Counted from the stretch's first letter, positions 1 to 10,977 are shown. The stretch: 64,000 nt of DNA from Macrostomum lignano (GCA_002269645.1 NIVC01003675.1:19489-83488), one strand, 5' to 3'. A program made the numbers and translations. The notes: a model not told the origin generated them from the sequence alone.

Positions 1-324
1 TGGGCAAATCTGCGAGACCTGCAGACCAGCGCTGCCTTCCAGTGCGACCTGCACGAGTTCGAGGCCTTCGGTTGCGATTGCAGCCTTTGTGACGAGGGAG
101 TGGCGGCTCTGTGCACCAGTCCGATCGCCAGGGGCCTGCGGCGGCTCTGCCTGCAGCCGGACAGGTGCAGCCGCCAGCTGACTGCCGCCTCTCTCGCCAG
201 CATCGCCAGCGGCTGTCCGTGGCTGACCCAGCTGGCTCTGAACGCGGAATTCTCCGATGCTGAGCTGCAGGCCTTTTGTGCTTCCTACCAGCACAGCGTG
301 AAGGTTAGCCGCTATATGTACTAG
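1..324 (+). CDS. Leucine-rich-repeat (cysteine-containing LRR, FBXL-like) protein, internal or 3' exon, 5'-truncated by the window
   Basis: Frame 1 is open from base 1 (WANLRDLQ...CSLCDEGVAALCTSPIARGLRRLCLQPDRCSRQLTAASLASIASGCPWLTQLAL), with LxxLxL..C..lt...l..ia..CpxLxxLxL periodicity. The 3' end is unresolved: stop at 322-324, or a donor AAG|GTTAGC at 303/304. Confidence 0.6.
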   Translation, partial: WANLRDLQTSAAFQCDLHEFEAFGCDCSLCDEGVAALCTSPIARGLRRLCLQPDRCSRQLTAASLASIASGCPWLTQLALNAEFSDAELQAFCASYQHSVKVSRYMY

Positions 325-399
325 TGACCCGCAACTGGCACAAGTTCCATCCATCCAGCCACTTCCATCACGTTGAGTTTAACATCATTTTATCTGTCT

Positions 400-1070
400 A
401 TCCCATTGCTCAACCTGTTTATGCAGTGCTCAACCTGTTTATGCAGTGCTCAACCTGTTTATCCCAGTGCTCAACCAGTTTATCCCAGTGCTCAACCAGT
501 TTATCCCAGTGCTCAACCAGTTTATCTTACTGCTCAACCAGTTTATCCCACTGCTCAACCAGTTTATCCCAGTGCTCAACCAGTTTATCCCACTGCTCAA
601 CCAGTTTATCCCAGTGCTCAACCAGTTTATCCCAGTGCTCAACCAGTTTATCCCACTGCTCAACCAGTTTATCCCACTGCTCAACCAGTTTATCCCACTG
701 CTCAACCAGTTTATCCCACTGCTCAACCAGTTTATCCCAGTGCTCAACCAGTTTATCTTACTGCTCAACCAGTTTATCCCAGTGCTCAACCAGTTTATCC
801 CACTGCTCAACCAGTTTATCCCAGTGCTCAACCAGTTTATCTTACTGCTCAACCAGTTTATCCCACTGCTCAACCAGTTTATCCCACTGCTCAACCAGTT
901 TATCCCACTGCTCAACCAGTTTATCCCACTGCTCAACCAGTTTATCCCTGCAGTGCTCAACCAGTTTATCCCAGTGCTCAACCAGTTTATCCCACTGCTC
1001 AACCAGTTTATCCCAGTGCTCAACCAGTCTATCCCACTGCTCAACCAGTTTATCCCAGTGCTCAACCAGT
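400..1070. repeat. 21-bp minisatellite (GCTCAACCAGTTTATCCCAC/GT), about 32 copies
   Basis: Directly visible tandem array; source of the AQPVYP, CSTSLS and LNQFIP repeat ORFs. Confidence 0.97.
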
Positions 1071-1287
1071 GTATATGCATTTGTTTCAGGTTTTCTACTG
1101 CATTTGCTTCATTCTCATACGTCTCTATAAACTGAGCTAATATGTTTATAGGCTCACTTTTTATTGTTGTAATTCGCTGCACCTTGCTATTAATTAAAAA
1201 GGTTTTACACGTCAGCATACGTTCAAGTTTTTCGCGCGTGTATTATTGGTGCTTTGGTAATTGTCGCCCTCTAAACAATCACTTTCA

Positions 1288-2086
1288 TTTGATTGGCTGG
1301 TCGCAGTGGATTGGATTGGCTGGTCAGAATGGGTTTCATTGGATGTGCAGAATGGGTTTCATTGGATGTGCAGAATGGAATTAATTGGCTGAAAATAATA
1401 AGTTTGATTGGCTTTTGAATTGGTTTGATTTGATTGGCTAGGCAGAATGAATTTGATTGGCTGGGCAGAATGGATTCAATTGGCTGAGAAAAATGGATTT
1501 GATTGGCTAGACCAAATGGATTATATTGGCTAGGCAGAATGGATTTGATTGGCTATGCAAACTGGATTTGATTGGCTGGCAGCGTGGATTTGATTTGATT
1601 GGCTAGGCAGAATGAATTTGATTGGCTGGGCAGAATGGATTCAATTGGCTGAGAAAAATGGATTTGATTGGCTAGACCAAATGGATTATATTGGCTAGGC
1701 AGAATGGATTTGATTGGCTATGCAAACTGGATTTGATTGGCTGGCAGCGTGGATTTGATTGGCTGGCAGCGTGGATTTGATTGGCTGTGCAGAATGGATT
1801 TGATTGGCTATGCAAACTGGATTTGATTGGCTGGCAGCGTGGATTTGATTGGCTGGGCAGAATGGGTTTGATTGGCTGGGCAGAATCGGTTTGATTGGCT
1901 GGGCAGAATGGGTTTGATTGGCTGGGCAGAATGGGTTGGATTGGCTGGGCAGAATGGGTTTGATTGGCTGGGCAGAATGGGTTTGATTGGCTGGGCAGAA
2001 TGGGTTTGATTGGCTGGGCAGAATGGGTTTGATTGGCTGGGCAGAATGGGTTTGATTGGCTGGGCAGAATGGGTTTGATTGGCTGG
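1288..2086. repeat. 23-bp minisatellite (TTTGATTGGCTGGGCAGAATGGG)
   Basis: Degenerate at the 5' end, homogeneous from about 1850 to 2086; each unit contains GATTGGCT. Confidence 0.95.
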
Positions 2087-3092
2087 CTGTCAGATGGGCT
2101 GATTTCCTCAGGTCTTCAAAATAGAGTCGTGCAGTTCAGTGAACTGCTGTAATCAGTCGTGCTTCAGGTCAATCTGCAGGTTTTTTTTCCAAATCTAGGA
2201 GTAAATAGTCTAACAACCTTTATTTAAGTTAGGATTATTTATTCATTTAAAAACATTGTATCGAAATGTACTTTTATAGCTTAGTAAAACGGCGACTGCT
2301 AGGATAATGAAATCTTTCAGTAAAATAGCCCTTGCATACCATACTCGTATATGACGTACACATATTACTAATACATGTAAAATTATATACAACAATTACA
2401 GTTAAATTTTAAATTCTCTAGCAAGTCTATACGTGTACTGGTAAAGCAAGCAAGTATGCTTTAAAACGGTAGAATTACAAAAGCTATGACGGATTTTACT
2501 GTTTTCAAAACGATAATTTTACTAGCGCATTATAACACAACGATTAAGTTTTCCATGTACAATGCCATGTACGAACAGTTTGCTTAATTCCTTAAAAAAC
2601 CACATTTTGACAAAACATGCTTTGGTGCAAATCATGTATAACATTGCATATTGTGGCTATTAAATTAAATTACGTGTGCATGCAAAAATGGATCCAAAAT
2701 TTGATATACAGAAATTAGGTGTGCCCAGCAAATTTATAAATACATTGGCAAGAGTAAAATCAATAATATTATTTTATTATAATTTTATCAACTATAAGTA
2801 AGAGCAATTATGAAAGCTTAAAGCTAAAAGATTCGTTTTATCGGTAGCTGCAGGTGCAAAAATCAGATTCACAAATGATGCAGTTCTATGCACATGTGCA
2901 TCTGTTAAGCCTGAACTGCACGCGTGTTTGAATGTGTGCATGCATGACGTCATAATAATATCAATCCGGAAAATAAAGGCTCTCGTTATCAAAATTAAAC
3001 ATCCCATTTACTAAAAATGAAAATTATATTCTATTGATACTTGGGTTAACCAAAAAATATTTACGCTAAAATCTATAAATTTATTCGCTTAA

Positions 3093-3395
3093 TTAGTGCC
3101 TCTGAGATCGTCCAATTTCAGCCAGAGCTCTCGTCCTCAGCCAGTCAATCTCGGGATAAAGCAATTGGTCTTCTACTGAAGCGGCTGCTGATTTTTGTCG
3201 GCCCTGATTTAATTGCTCCGTTGGCTTGCTATCAACTCCGCTACAACTGGGCCCGTCGGTTGAGTCTAAAGTTGACGTTGCACTTTTCGGCATGTCCAGT
3301 GTGGCATAGTGTTGACGAAATGAGGACGAGGCTTCATTGTTGGCTTCCATGCCAGTGTGCAGCGCCAATGACTTCGAAGTTGCCGCGGCTGCATC
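3093..3395 (-). CDS. GAB/DOS-family docking protein, exon 3 (terminal)
   Basis: Acceptor TTTGCAG|GAT at 3396/3395, phase 0. Encodes QHYATL and LLYPEIDWLRTRALAE, resembling the GAB/DOS C-terminal YxxV-D-xx-KTxAL SHP2-binding motif. Stop TAA at 3095-3093. Confidence 0.8.
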   Translation of the reverse strand, partial: DAAAATSKSLALHTGMEANNEASSSFRQHYATLDMPKSATSTLDSTDGPSCSGVDSKPTEQLNQGRQKSAAASVEDQLLYPEIDWLRTRALAEIGRSQRH

Positions 3396-3424
3396 CTGCA
3401 AATTAGTGTTGCAAATAAATGCAT

Positions 3425-4635
3425 GAGAACAGCAGACAGCCACTTTGATAAGACCTGGAGAACAGCAGACAGCCACTTTGATAAGACACTGGAGAACAGC
3501 AGACAGCCACTTTGATAAGACACTGGAGAACAGCAGACAGCCTTTGAAAAGACACCAGAGAACAACAGACAGCCCCTTTGATTAGACAATGGAGAACAGC
3601 ACAGACACCTTTGAAAAGACACCAGAGAACAACAGACAGCCTCTTTGATAAGACACTGGAGAACAGCAGGCAGCCCCTTTGATTAGACAATGGAGAACAG
3701 CAGACAGCCCCTTTGATTAGACACTGGAGAACAGCAGGCAGCCCCTTTGATTAGACAATGGAGAACAGCAGACAGCCCCTTTGATTAGACACTGGAGAAC
3801 AGCAGACAGCCCCTTTGATAAGACACTGGAGAACAACAGACAGCCTTTGAAAAGACACCAGAGAACAACAGACAGCCACTTTGATTAGACACTGGAGAAC
3901 AGCAGACAGCCCCTTTGATAAGACACTGGAGAACAGCAGACAGTCCCTTTGAAAAGACACCAGAGAACAACAGACAGCCCCTTTGATTAGACACTGGAGA
4001 ACAGCAGACAGCATTTGAAAAGACACCAGAGAACAACAGACAACCCATTTGATAAGATACTGGAGAACAACAGACAGCCCCTTTGATAAGACACCAGAGA
4101 ACATCATCAGACAGCCCCTTTGATAAGACACCAGAGAACATCATCAGACAGCCCTTTGATAAGACACTTGAGAACATCATCAGACAGCCCTTTGATAAGA
4201 CACTTGAGAACATCATCAGACAGCCCTTTGATAAGACACTTGAGAACATCATCAGACAGCCCTTTGATAAGACACTGGAGAACAGCAGACAGCCACTTTG
4301 ATAAGACACCAGAGAACATCAACAGACAGCCCTTTGATAAGACACTGGAGAACAGCAGACAGCCACTTTGAAAAGACACCAGAGAACATCATCAGACAGC
4401 CCCTTTGATAAGACACTTGAGAACAGCAGACAGCCCCTTTGATAAGACACTGGAGAACATCAACAGACAGCCCTTTGATAAGACACTTGAGAACATCATC
4501 AGACAGCCCTTTGATAAGACACTGGAGAACAGCAGACAGCCACTTTGATAAGACACTGGAGAACAGCAGACAGCCACTTTGAAAAGACACCAGAGAACAT
4601 CATCAGACAGCCCCTTTGATAAGACACTGGAGAAC
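3425..4635. repeat. 34/36-bp minisatellite (GACAGCCCCTTTGATAAGACACTGGAGAACAGCA) in GAB intron 2
   Basis: Period 34 checked (ATAAGA at 3481 and 3515); CATCATCAG-containing variants cluster in the 3' half. Confidence 0.95.
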
Positions 4636-5134
4636 CAGAACTGACTAAAGTTGTATTTTAGTTAGCTGGTAATTTCCTAAATTCAGCGAGTTTCAAGTGC
4701 AAATGATAAAGCCGTTATGTTAAATGCGAAATTTTATCAGAAAAATTGTTACAACCCAAAGCATGCACGAATATTTCAGAAAGATTTGATATGTGTGCTG
4801 CGCATCACAGGGTCCACTTTAGGTGCGCATATTTTTCCTAACGCCGATGCACACTGAAAATTTTTGTTTAAATTCTTCAAAATGATGTGGTCATGCGAAA
4901 AATGACGAAATGCCTAAAAATAGTGCCTGCCCTAATACGCTCGTACCAGTTTCTTACTGCATTTTCGAGATCATAAACTCGCCGCTATACACAGCTAAAG
5001 CATTACAAGTCTACAGCTACAAATATTTTAATCACTGTAATTTGAAGTATCAAATTTCGTGATTAGGAAATTAAAAACCTAATAACTATCAAAATTTACA
5101 CAACATCCCATCATAACCATCATTCGACGCTAAA

Positions 5135-5375
5135 AGTCCCAAAACTAAGAATCTGATATCCTATGATTTTGAAGCATGTAAAATCCCAAAACTCTAAGAA
5201 TCAGATATACCCTGATTTTGAAGCATGTAAAATCCCAAAACTCTAAGAATCTGATATCCCATGATTTTGAAGCATGTAAAATCCAAAAACTCTAAGAATC
5301 TGACATCTCATGATTTTAAAGCATGTAAAATCCCAAAACTCTAAGAATCTGACATCCCATGATTTTGAAGCTTAA
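5135..5375. repeat. 49-bp tandem repeat, about 5 copies, GAB intron 2
   Basis: GAAGCATGT recurs at 5171, 5220 and 5269. Confidence 0.9.
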
Positions 5376-5495
5376 AATCCACAAAATCAACAAACGGGAA
5401 GTTCTATAATTTGAAGCTTAAGATCCCAAAAAGCTAGAAACCCTGAAATGCATATAATAAACAATGATTATAAAATTCCCATGTCGTTTTCTAAC

Positions 5496-6044
5496 CTCGC
5501 AACCGACACTCTGTAAAGAGTCGATGGAGTCACCGCCGCCCGCGCCACCGCCAGCTCCTTGCAAGTTGACGTAGCCATCAAGACTGGCCTTCACCGTCTG
5601 CTCCGCCAGCTCCAGAGTTCCCCGCCCGAGCCCTGAGTCAGTCTCGTCTCGATAAGCTCCTTCGCTGTCCCTGCTCGATGCGCACCGAAGCCCGCCGGTT
5701 GCTAGCCGAAGCTCCTCGGCCCAGCGCTGCATGTCCGCGAGACTGTCTGCCAGCAGGTAGAACAGCCTCGGACGCTCCTTACGATGGCGCTGGATGCATT
5801 CAAAGCTGAGAAATGGTTGCTGATGGTGCAGACGGTTCCGCTGGTCCCGGGCCAGGGTCCGAGCCAGACGCAGAGGCGGGGGTACCAGGGTTGCTAGGGC
5901 TCTGATTGTGTCCACTAAGATTTGGCCTCTGACAGCTGACATGCTGTGGTCTGTGTAGTAGTACAACTGGTACTGCGCTGACGGTTCCAGCTCAGCGGAT
6001 GACGGAGTTAGGCGAGTGAGGACGAAGTAGCGTCGATGCCATTG
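5496..6044 (-). CDS. GAB/DOS-family docking protein, exon 2 (most of the PH domain plus YVNL motif)
   Basis: Acceptor CCCCATCCAG|CAA at 6045/6044; donor GAG|GTTAGA at 5496/5495; both phase 0. QWHRRYFVL...LYYYTD...RGQI...FYLLADSLADMQRWAEEL is a canonical PH signature. Confidence 0.9.
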
Positions 6045-6279
6045 CTGGATGGGGAAGATGGGAAGCGGGATTAATAAAAACATGGGAATATTAATTAGCT
6101 ACTTAAGCTACTAATCTGTAGATGTTCTACTGACAATATTTTTATACTTCGATCTATTCTTAAAGCCACTTGCTGATCACCTACGAGTATATCTTAGCTA
6201 AATATCCATCCCACAGTCTCCATCTCAGTCCATGACAACATACTCAAATTTCAAATCACATTCTCCATCAGTCTTAGCT

Positions 6280-6925
6280 ACCACACGCCAACTTCAGATC
6301 CTAAACATACCCATCTCAGATCCCACATTCATATCTCAGATCCCCGACTCCCATCTCAGATCCCACACTCCCATCGATCAGATCCCACACTCTCATCTCA
6401 GATTCCAAATTCCTTATCTCAGATCTCACACTCCCATCTCAGATCCCACACTCCTATCTCAGATCCCACACTCCCATCTCAGATCCCACACTCTCATCTC
6501 AGATTCCAAATTCCTTATCTCAGATCCCACACTCCCATCTCAGATCCCACACTCCTATCTCAGATCCCACACTCCCATCTCAGATCCCACACTCCCATCT
6601 CAGATCCCACACTCTCATCTCAGATTCCAAATTCCCTATCTCAGATCCCACACTCTCAATCTCAGATCCCACACTCCTATCTCAGATCCCACACTCCCAT
6701 CTCAGATCCCACACTCCCATCTCAGATCCCACACTCTCATCTCAGATTCCAAATTCCCTATCTCAGATCCCACACTCTCAATCTCAGATCCCACGCTCCC
6801 ATCTCAGATCCCACACTCCCAATCTCAGATCCCACACTCATCTCAGATCCCACACTCCCAATCTTAGATCCCACACTTCCATCTCAGATCTCACACTCCT
6901 ATCTTAGATCCCACTCTTCCAACTT
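6280..6925. repeat. About 20-bp minisatellite (ATCTCAGATCCCACACTCCC) in GAB intron 1
   Basis: Directly visible array with ATTCCAAATTCC variant units. Confidence 0.93.
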
Positions 6926-7684
6926 AAATCATACAGAGGGCTAAAAGAAGTCGATTTACAATTGCTTTACAATCCTACTGGACATTAATTATCAAGCATC
7001 CTGTTTATACGAGTTACATGAAACGGATCAACTATATTGCGCATGTTTATGCTACAAATGTACAGATTTATTTCAGAGTGATAGCATGTTAGCTAAGCGT
7101 TGCTTTAAAACAACCTTTTATTTCGTTTGTCTGCCGATGCCTGCTGCTCGTGCCTGGAAGACTTTCTAATAGCTATAAACAGGAATCCAGGTGCGCACGA
7201 TAATATAGAATTTGATACTTGATTACTTTTTTGCAACATTTCATGAACGTCGTGGATATATATATATAACATGAGTCACTAGTTTGACTTTTCCAGTTTT
7301 TTTATGACCAATATTTAGAAATCTTACAGTTTCACAAATTTTTTCATTTATAAGCACGAAATTGTCATAAAAATTTGTTTAAAAATCTGTCCATTTTCAC
7401 ACATTCAGCGAGAGGTGCTATTGCATAATAGTTGAAGCCAACCGGGAAATATTATTAAACTTGTCTCGGAACGCAAATCTCTGTTATCGTGTCGTTTCAA
7501 CTAAGATTGTTTAGACAATCGCCTGCAATGACGTCATAAATGAAGTGCGTTATACTCTCCTATACTAGAACTTCAGGGTCATCGAGTGCAATATCATGAA
7601 TCACGCATTAAAATCGTGGCGCACGAATTTCGGTGGCCCAATTTTACAATGAAAGATTGTGGATTTCCCATATAGCTAGCTAAG

Positions 7685-7966
7685 CAGCAACAGACAGAAG
7701 TGTCCACCCTCTTTTGTCTCTCAGTTGAGTGGCAAATCGATCCAACAGTTCGACCATAGACAAAATTCTGTGAAAAGTGGGGACCCATGGACTTCTATAC
7801 TTAGCATGCATGGGGACCGCTTGCTAAGAACAACAATGGACAAGAAAGTCTATGTTCGATGCAGAAGCGAGTTAGAGGCAGAAGACCCGTCAATTGCTGC
7901 GGATGGTTAAAGGGAATCCCGGAAAATTTTCCCGAGAAAAAGGGTGGACACTTCTGTCTGTTGCTG
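7685..7966. mobile_element. MITE-like element, 282 bp, with perfect 26-bp terminal inverted repeats
   Basis: CAGCAACAGACAGAAGTGTCCACCCT (7685-7710) is the exact reverse complement of 7941-7966. No clean TSD found. Confidence 0.65.
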
Positions 7967-8127
7967 AGTAGCTCGTATTGTATATTCATTAGAAGCGAGA
8001 TGGAGATGCCTAATAAATCTCATCATTTATCCCTTTGTTTCAGCAAGGATTTTGAGCAGCAGCGAACGGGGCTTTGCCAATAAAAAAGCACGCTCTGCTC
8101 CCTGACTCTCCCCAGTTGCATTCTCAC

Positions 8128-8217
8128 CCGATTCCCTGGTTTAAAGCGTTTCGTAGGGCCGCCGCCGCCGCCTTTTCCACCGGCCGGCCTCGGCGACTTC
8201 AACAACCAGCCGGACAT
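8128..8217 (-). CDS. GAB/DOS-family docking protein, exon 1 (PH beta-1); true 5' end uncertain
   Basis: (IC)MSGWLLKSP matches the GAB/DOS PH start (xxGWLxKSP). Donor CGG|GTGAGA at 8128/8127 joins in phase to QWHRRYF. First in-frame ATG at 8217. Confidence 0.8.
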
Positions 8218-8487
8218 GCAGATTCTTTGGTTAGCGGATTTTTGCAAATTGGCCAGCAGTTGTAGTTGAGCGAGCTGACTGCCGCCATCTGCTGATCTCA
8301 AGTGCTGACTTTCTGAAGTTCTGTCGCTGACGCTGTCAAGTTGCAATGAAGTTGCAGTTCGGTTGTAAGTTATAAAAGCCAGGAGGTCAGGAGCGCCGCT
8401 ATGGAAAGTTATGGGGAGGGGACATGCCAATGCGTTGTCCCCCACCTCACCATGTGACCCGTTGTGGAAATCAATAAGTTTGTTTTA

Positions 8488-10090
8488 GGCGCCAAAATAT
8501 AGCGCCTTCGGCGCCAAAATGATTGTATGCGGTGCCAAAATGAGTGTCTGCGGTGCCAAAATGAAGGCGCCAAAATGAGTGGTGCCTGCGGCGCTAAAAT
8601 GAGTGTCTGCGGTGCCAAAGTAAAGGCGCCAAAATGAGTGGTGCCTGCGGTGCCAAAATGAGTGTCTGCGGTGCCAAAATGTAGGCGCCAAAATGAGTGG
8701 TGCCTGCGGCGCTAAAATGAGTGTCTGCGGTGCCAAAGTGAAGGCGCCAAAATGAGTGTCTGCGGTGCCAAAGTGAAGGCGCCAAAATGAGTGTCTGCGG
8801 TGCCAAAGTGAAGGCGCCAAAATGAGTGGTGCCTGCGGTGCCAAAATGAGTGTCTGCGGTGCCAAGATGAGTGTCTGCGGTGCCAAAGTGAAGGCGCCAA
8901 AATGAGTGTCTGCGGTGCCAAAGTGAAGGCGCCAAAATGAGTGTCTGCGGTGCCAAAATGAAGGCGCCAAAATGAGTGGTGCCTGCGGCGCTAAAATGAG
9001 TGTCTGCGGCGCCAAAATGAAGGCGCTAAAATGAGTGTCTGCGGTGCCAAAATGAAGGCGCCAAAATGAGTGTCTGCGGTGCCAAAATGAAGGTGCCAAG
9101 ATGAGTGTCTGCGGTGCCAAAGTGAAGGCGCCAAAATGAGTGTCTGCGGTGCCAAAGTGAAGGCGCCAAAATGAGTGTCTGCGGTGCCAAAGTGAAGGCG
9201 CCAAAATGAGTGTCTGCGGTGCCAAAATGAAGGCGCCAAAATGAGTGGTGCCTGCGGCGCTAAAATGAGTGTCTTCGGCGCAAAATGAAGGCGCCAAAAT
9301 GAGTGTCTGCGGTGCCAAAGTGAAGGCGCCAAAATGAGTGTCTGCGGTGCCAAAATGAAGGCGCCAAGATGAGTGTCTGCGGTGCCAAAGTGAAGGCGCC
9401 AAAATGAGTGTCTGCAGTGCCAAAGTGAAGGCGCCAAAATGAGTGTCTGCGGTGCCAAAGTGAAGGCGCCAAAATGAGTGGTGCCTGCGGCGCTAAAATG
9501 AGTGTCTGCGGTGCCAAAATGAAGGCGCCAAAATGAGTGGTGCCTGCGGCGCCAAAATGAGTGTCTGCGGTGCCAAAATGAAGGCGCTAAAATGAGTTTC
9601 TACGGTGCCAAAATGAGTGTCTGCGGCGCCAAAATGAGTGTCTGCGGTGCCAAAATGAGTGTCTGCGGCGCCAAAATGAGTGTCTGCGGCGCCAAGATGA
9701 GTGTCTGCGGCGCCAAAATGAGTGTCTGCGGCGCCAAAATGAGTGTCTGCGGTGCCAAAATGAGTGTCTGCGGCGCCAAAATGAGTGTCTGCGGCGCCAA
9801 AATGAGTGTCTGCGGCGCCAAGATGAGTGTCTGCGGCGCCAAAATGAGTGTCTGCGGTGCCAAAATGAGTGTCTGCGGTGCCAAAATGAGTGTCTGCGGC
9901 GCCAAAATGAGTGTCTGCGGTGCCAAAATGAGTGTCTGCGGCGCCAAAATGAGTGTCTGCGGCGCCAAAATGAGTGTCTGCGGCGCCAAGATGAGTGTCT
10001 GCGGCGCCAAAATGAGTGTCTGCGGTGCCAAAATGAGTGTCTGCGGTGCCAAAATGAGTGTCTGCGGCGCCTAGATGAAAACCTGAGGCG
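8488..10090. repeat. 21-bp CpG-rich minisatellite (GCCAAAATGAGTGTCTGCGGC/T) with GAAGGC-containing subunits
   Basis: 1.6-kb array; homogeneous 21-mer block at about 9600-10070, composite units from 8500 to 9590. Confidence 0.97.
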
Positions 10091-10918
10091 CCAAACGCGG
10101 AATCGAGTATTGCCACAGACAAATTCGGTCGATAAAAAATCGTGCTATAAAATACTCCAGATTTGTAGGTAGCGTCGTTCTACATGTACTTTAGCGTAAA
10201 ACAAAGCTTAAAACAAACTAGCTCGTATATAGCTACGTGTTCCAAAATTTAAGTGACCCTGAATGAGCGCATATACAGAAAAATGATCAATTACCTCCAA
10301 CGATTTGTAGTGCAGCAAAACAATTTATCCATAGTTATTGACAGTATTCGTTTTCCTTCAGCTTCCAGCTTCTTTTAAAATTTAGTTAGTTTGTTCCAGG
10401 GTTGACAGCACAGTTTTTTATCCAACAATTTAACCTGTAGCTATAACAGTACAGTCAGGAGCACCTTATATTTGTAGCCGGGTGGACAGCGGAGCTTTGA
10501 ACTTCTGTTTACAACCGTCTGTGCATGGTGTTCGTGAGCACTGCTGGACACGGGGAGAGGAGAGAGAGAGAACCAGTGAGCAGCTTATAAAGCTAGCATA
10601 TGTGCTTGTGCAGAGTGTAGGCCATTTACCATATGTATTATATTGCGATGTGTAACCCAAGCGTACAGTCATTATTGGTCAATGCCAGGACTAGCTGTGG
10701 AACAGACCCTCAACCGTACCCCGCGGCTCCTCTTATTGGTCGATAAGATAGTTTTAACTTTACTCTATACCATACCATCCTTCCATCACATCTCACTTAG
10801 TTGGTGATTAAAAATAGCGCTACTGTACTGTTGAAGGGTGTACGCAAAGACCCCGCGGCTGGGAACAACACTAAACTGTTACACACGCATCACCACTTCA
10901 TACCTGTCTACATGTATC

Positions 10919-10977
10919 CCTATACCGCGGACCCCGGGATTATAAGCAACTTATAATCCCGGGGTCCGCGCCTATAC
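10919..10977. other. Perfect 45-bp palindrome (21-bp arms, CAA loop) flanked by a 7-bp direct repeat CCTATAC
   Basis: 10926-10946 CGCGGACCCCGGGATTATAAG is the exact reverse complement of 10950-10970; CCTATAC at 10919-10925 and 10971-10977. Confidence 0.9.

Noticed and set aside
373-1140. Repeat ORFs (AQPVYPS/T, CSTSLSQ, LNQFIP, INWLSSG) in four frames
   Set aside because: A stop-free 21-bp unit is open in most frames by construction. There is no homology or signal peptide, and the position matches the intronic or 3' minisatellites seen throughout the window.
2945-7536. Two perfect CRE palindromes TGACGTCA (2945-2952 and 7529-7536)
   Set aside because: Isolated 8-mers in TE-like AT-rich DNA, with no supporting promoter context.
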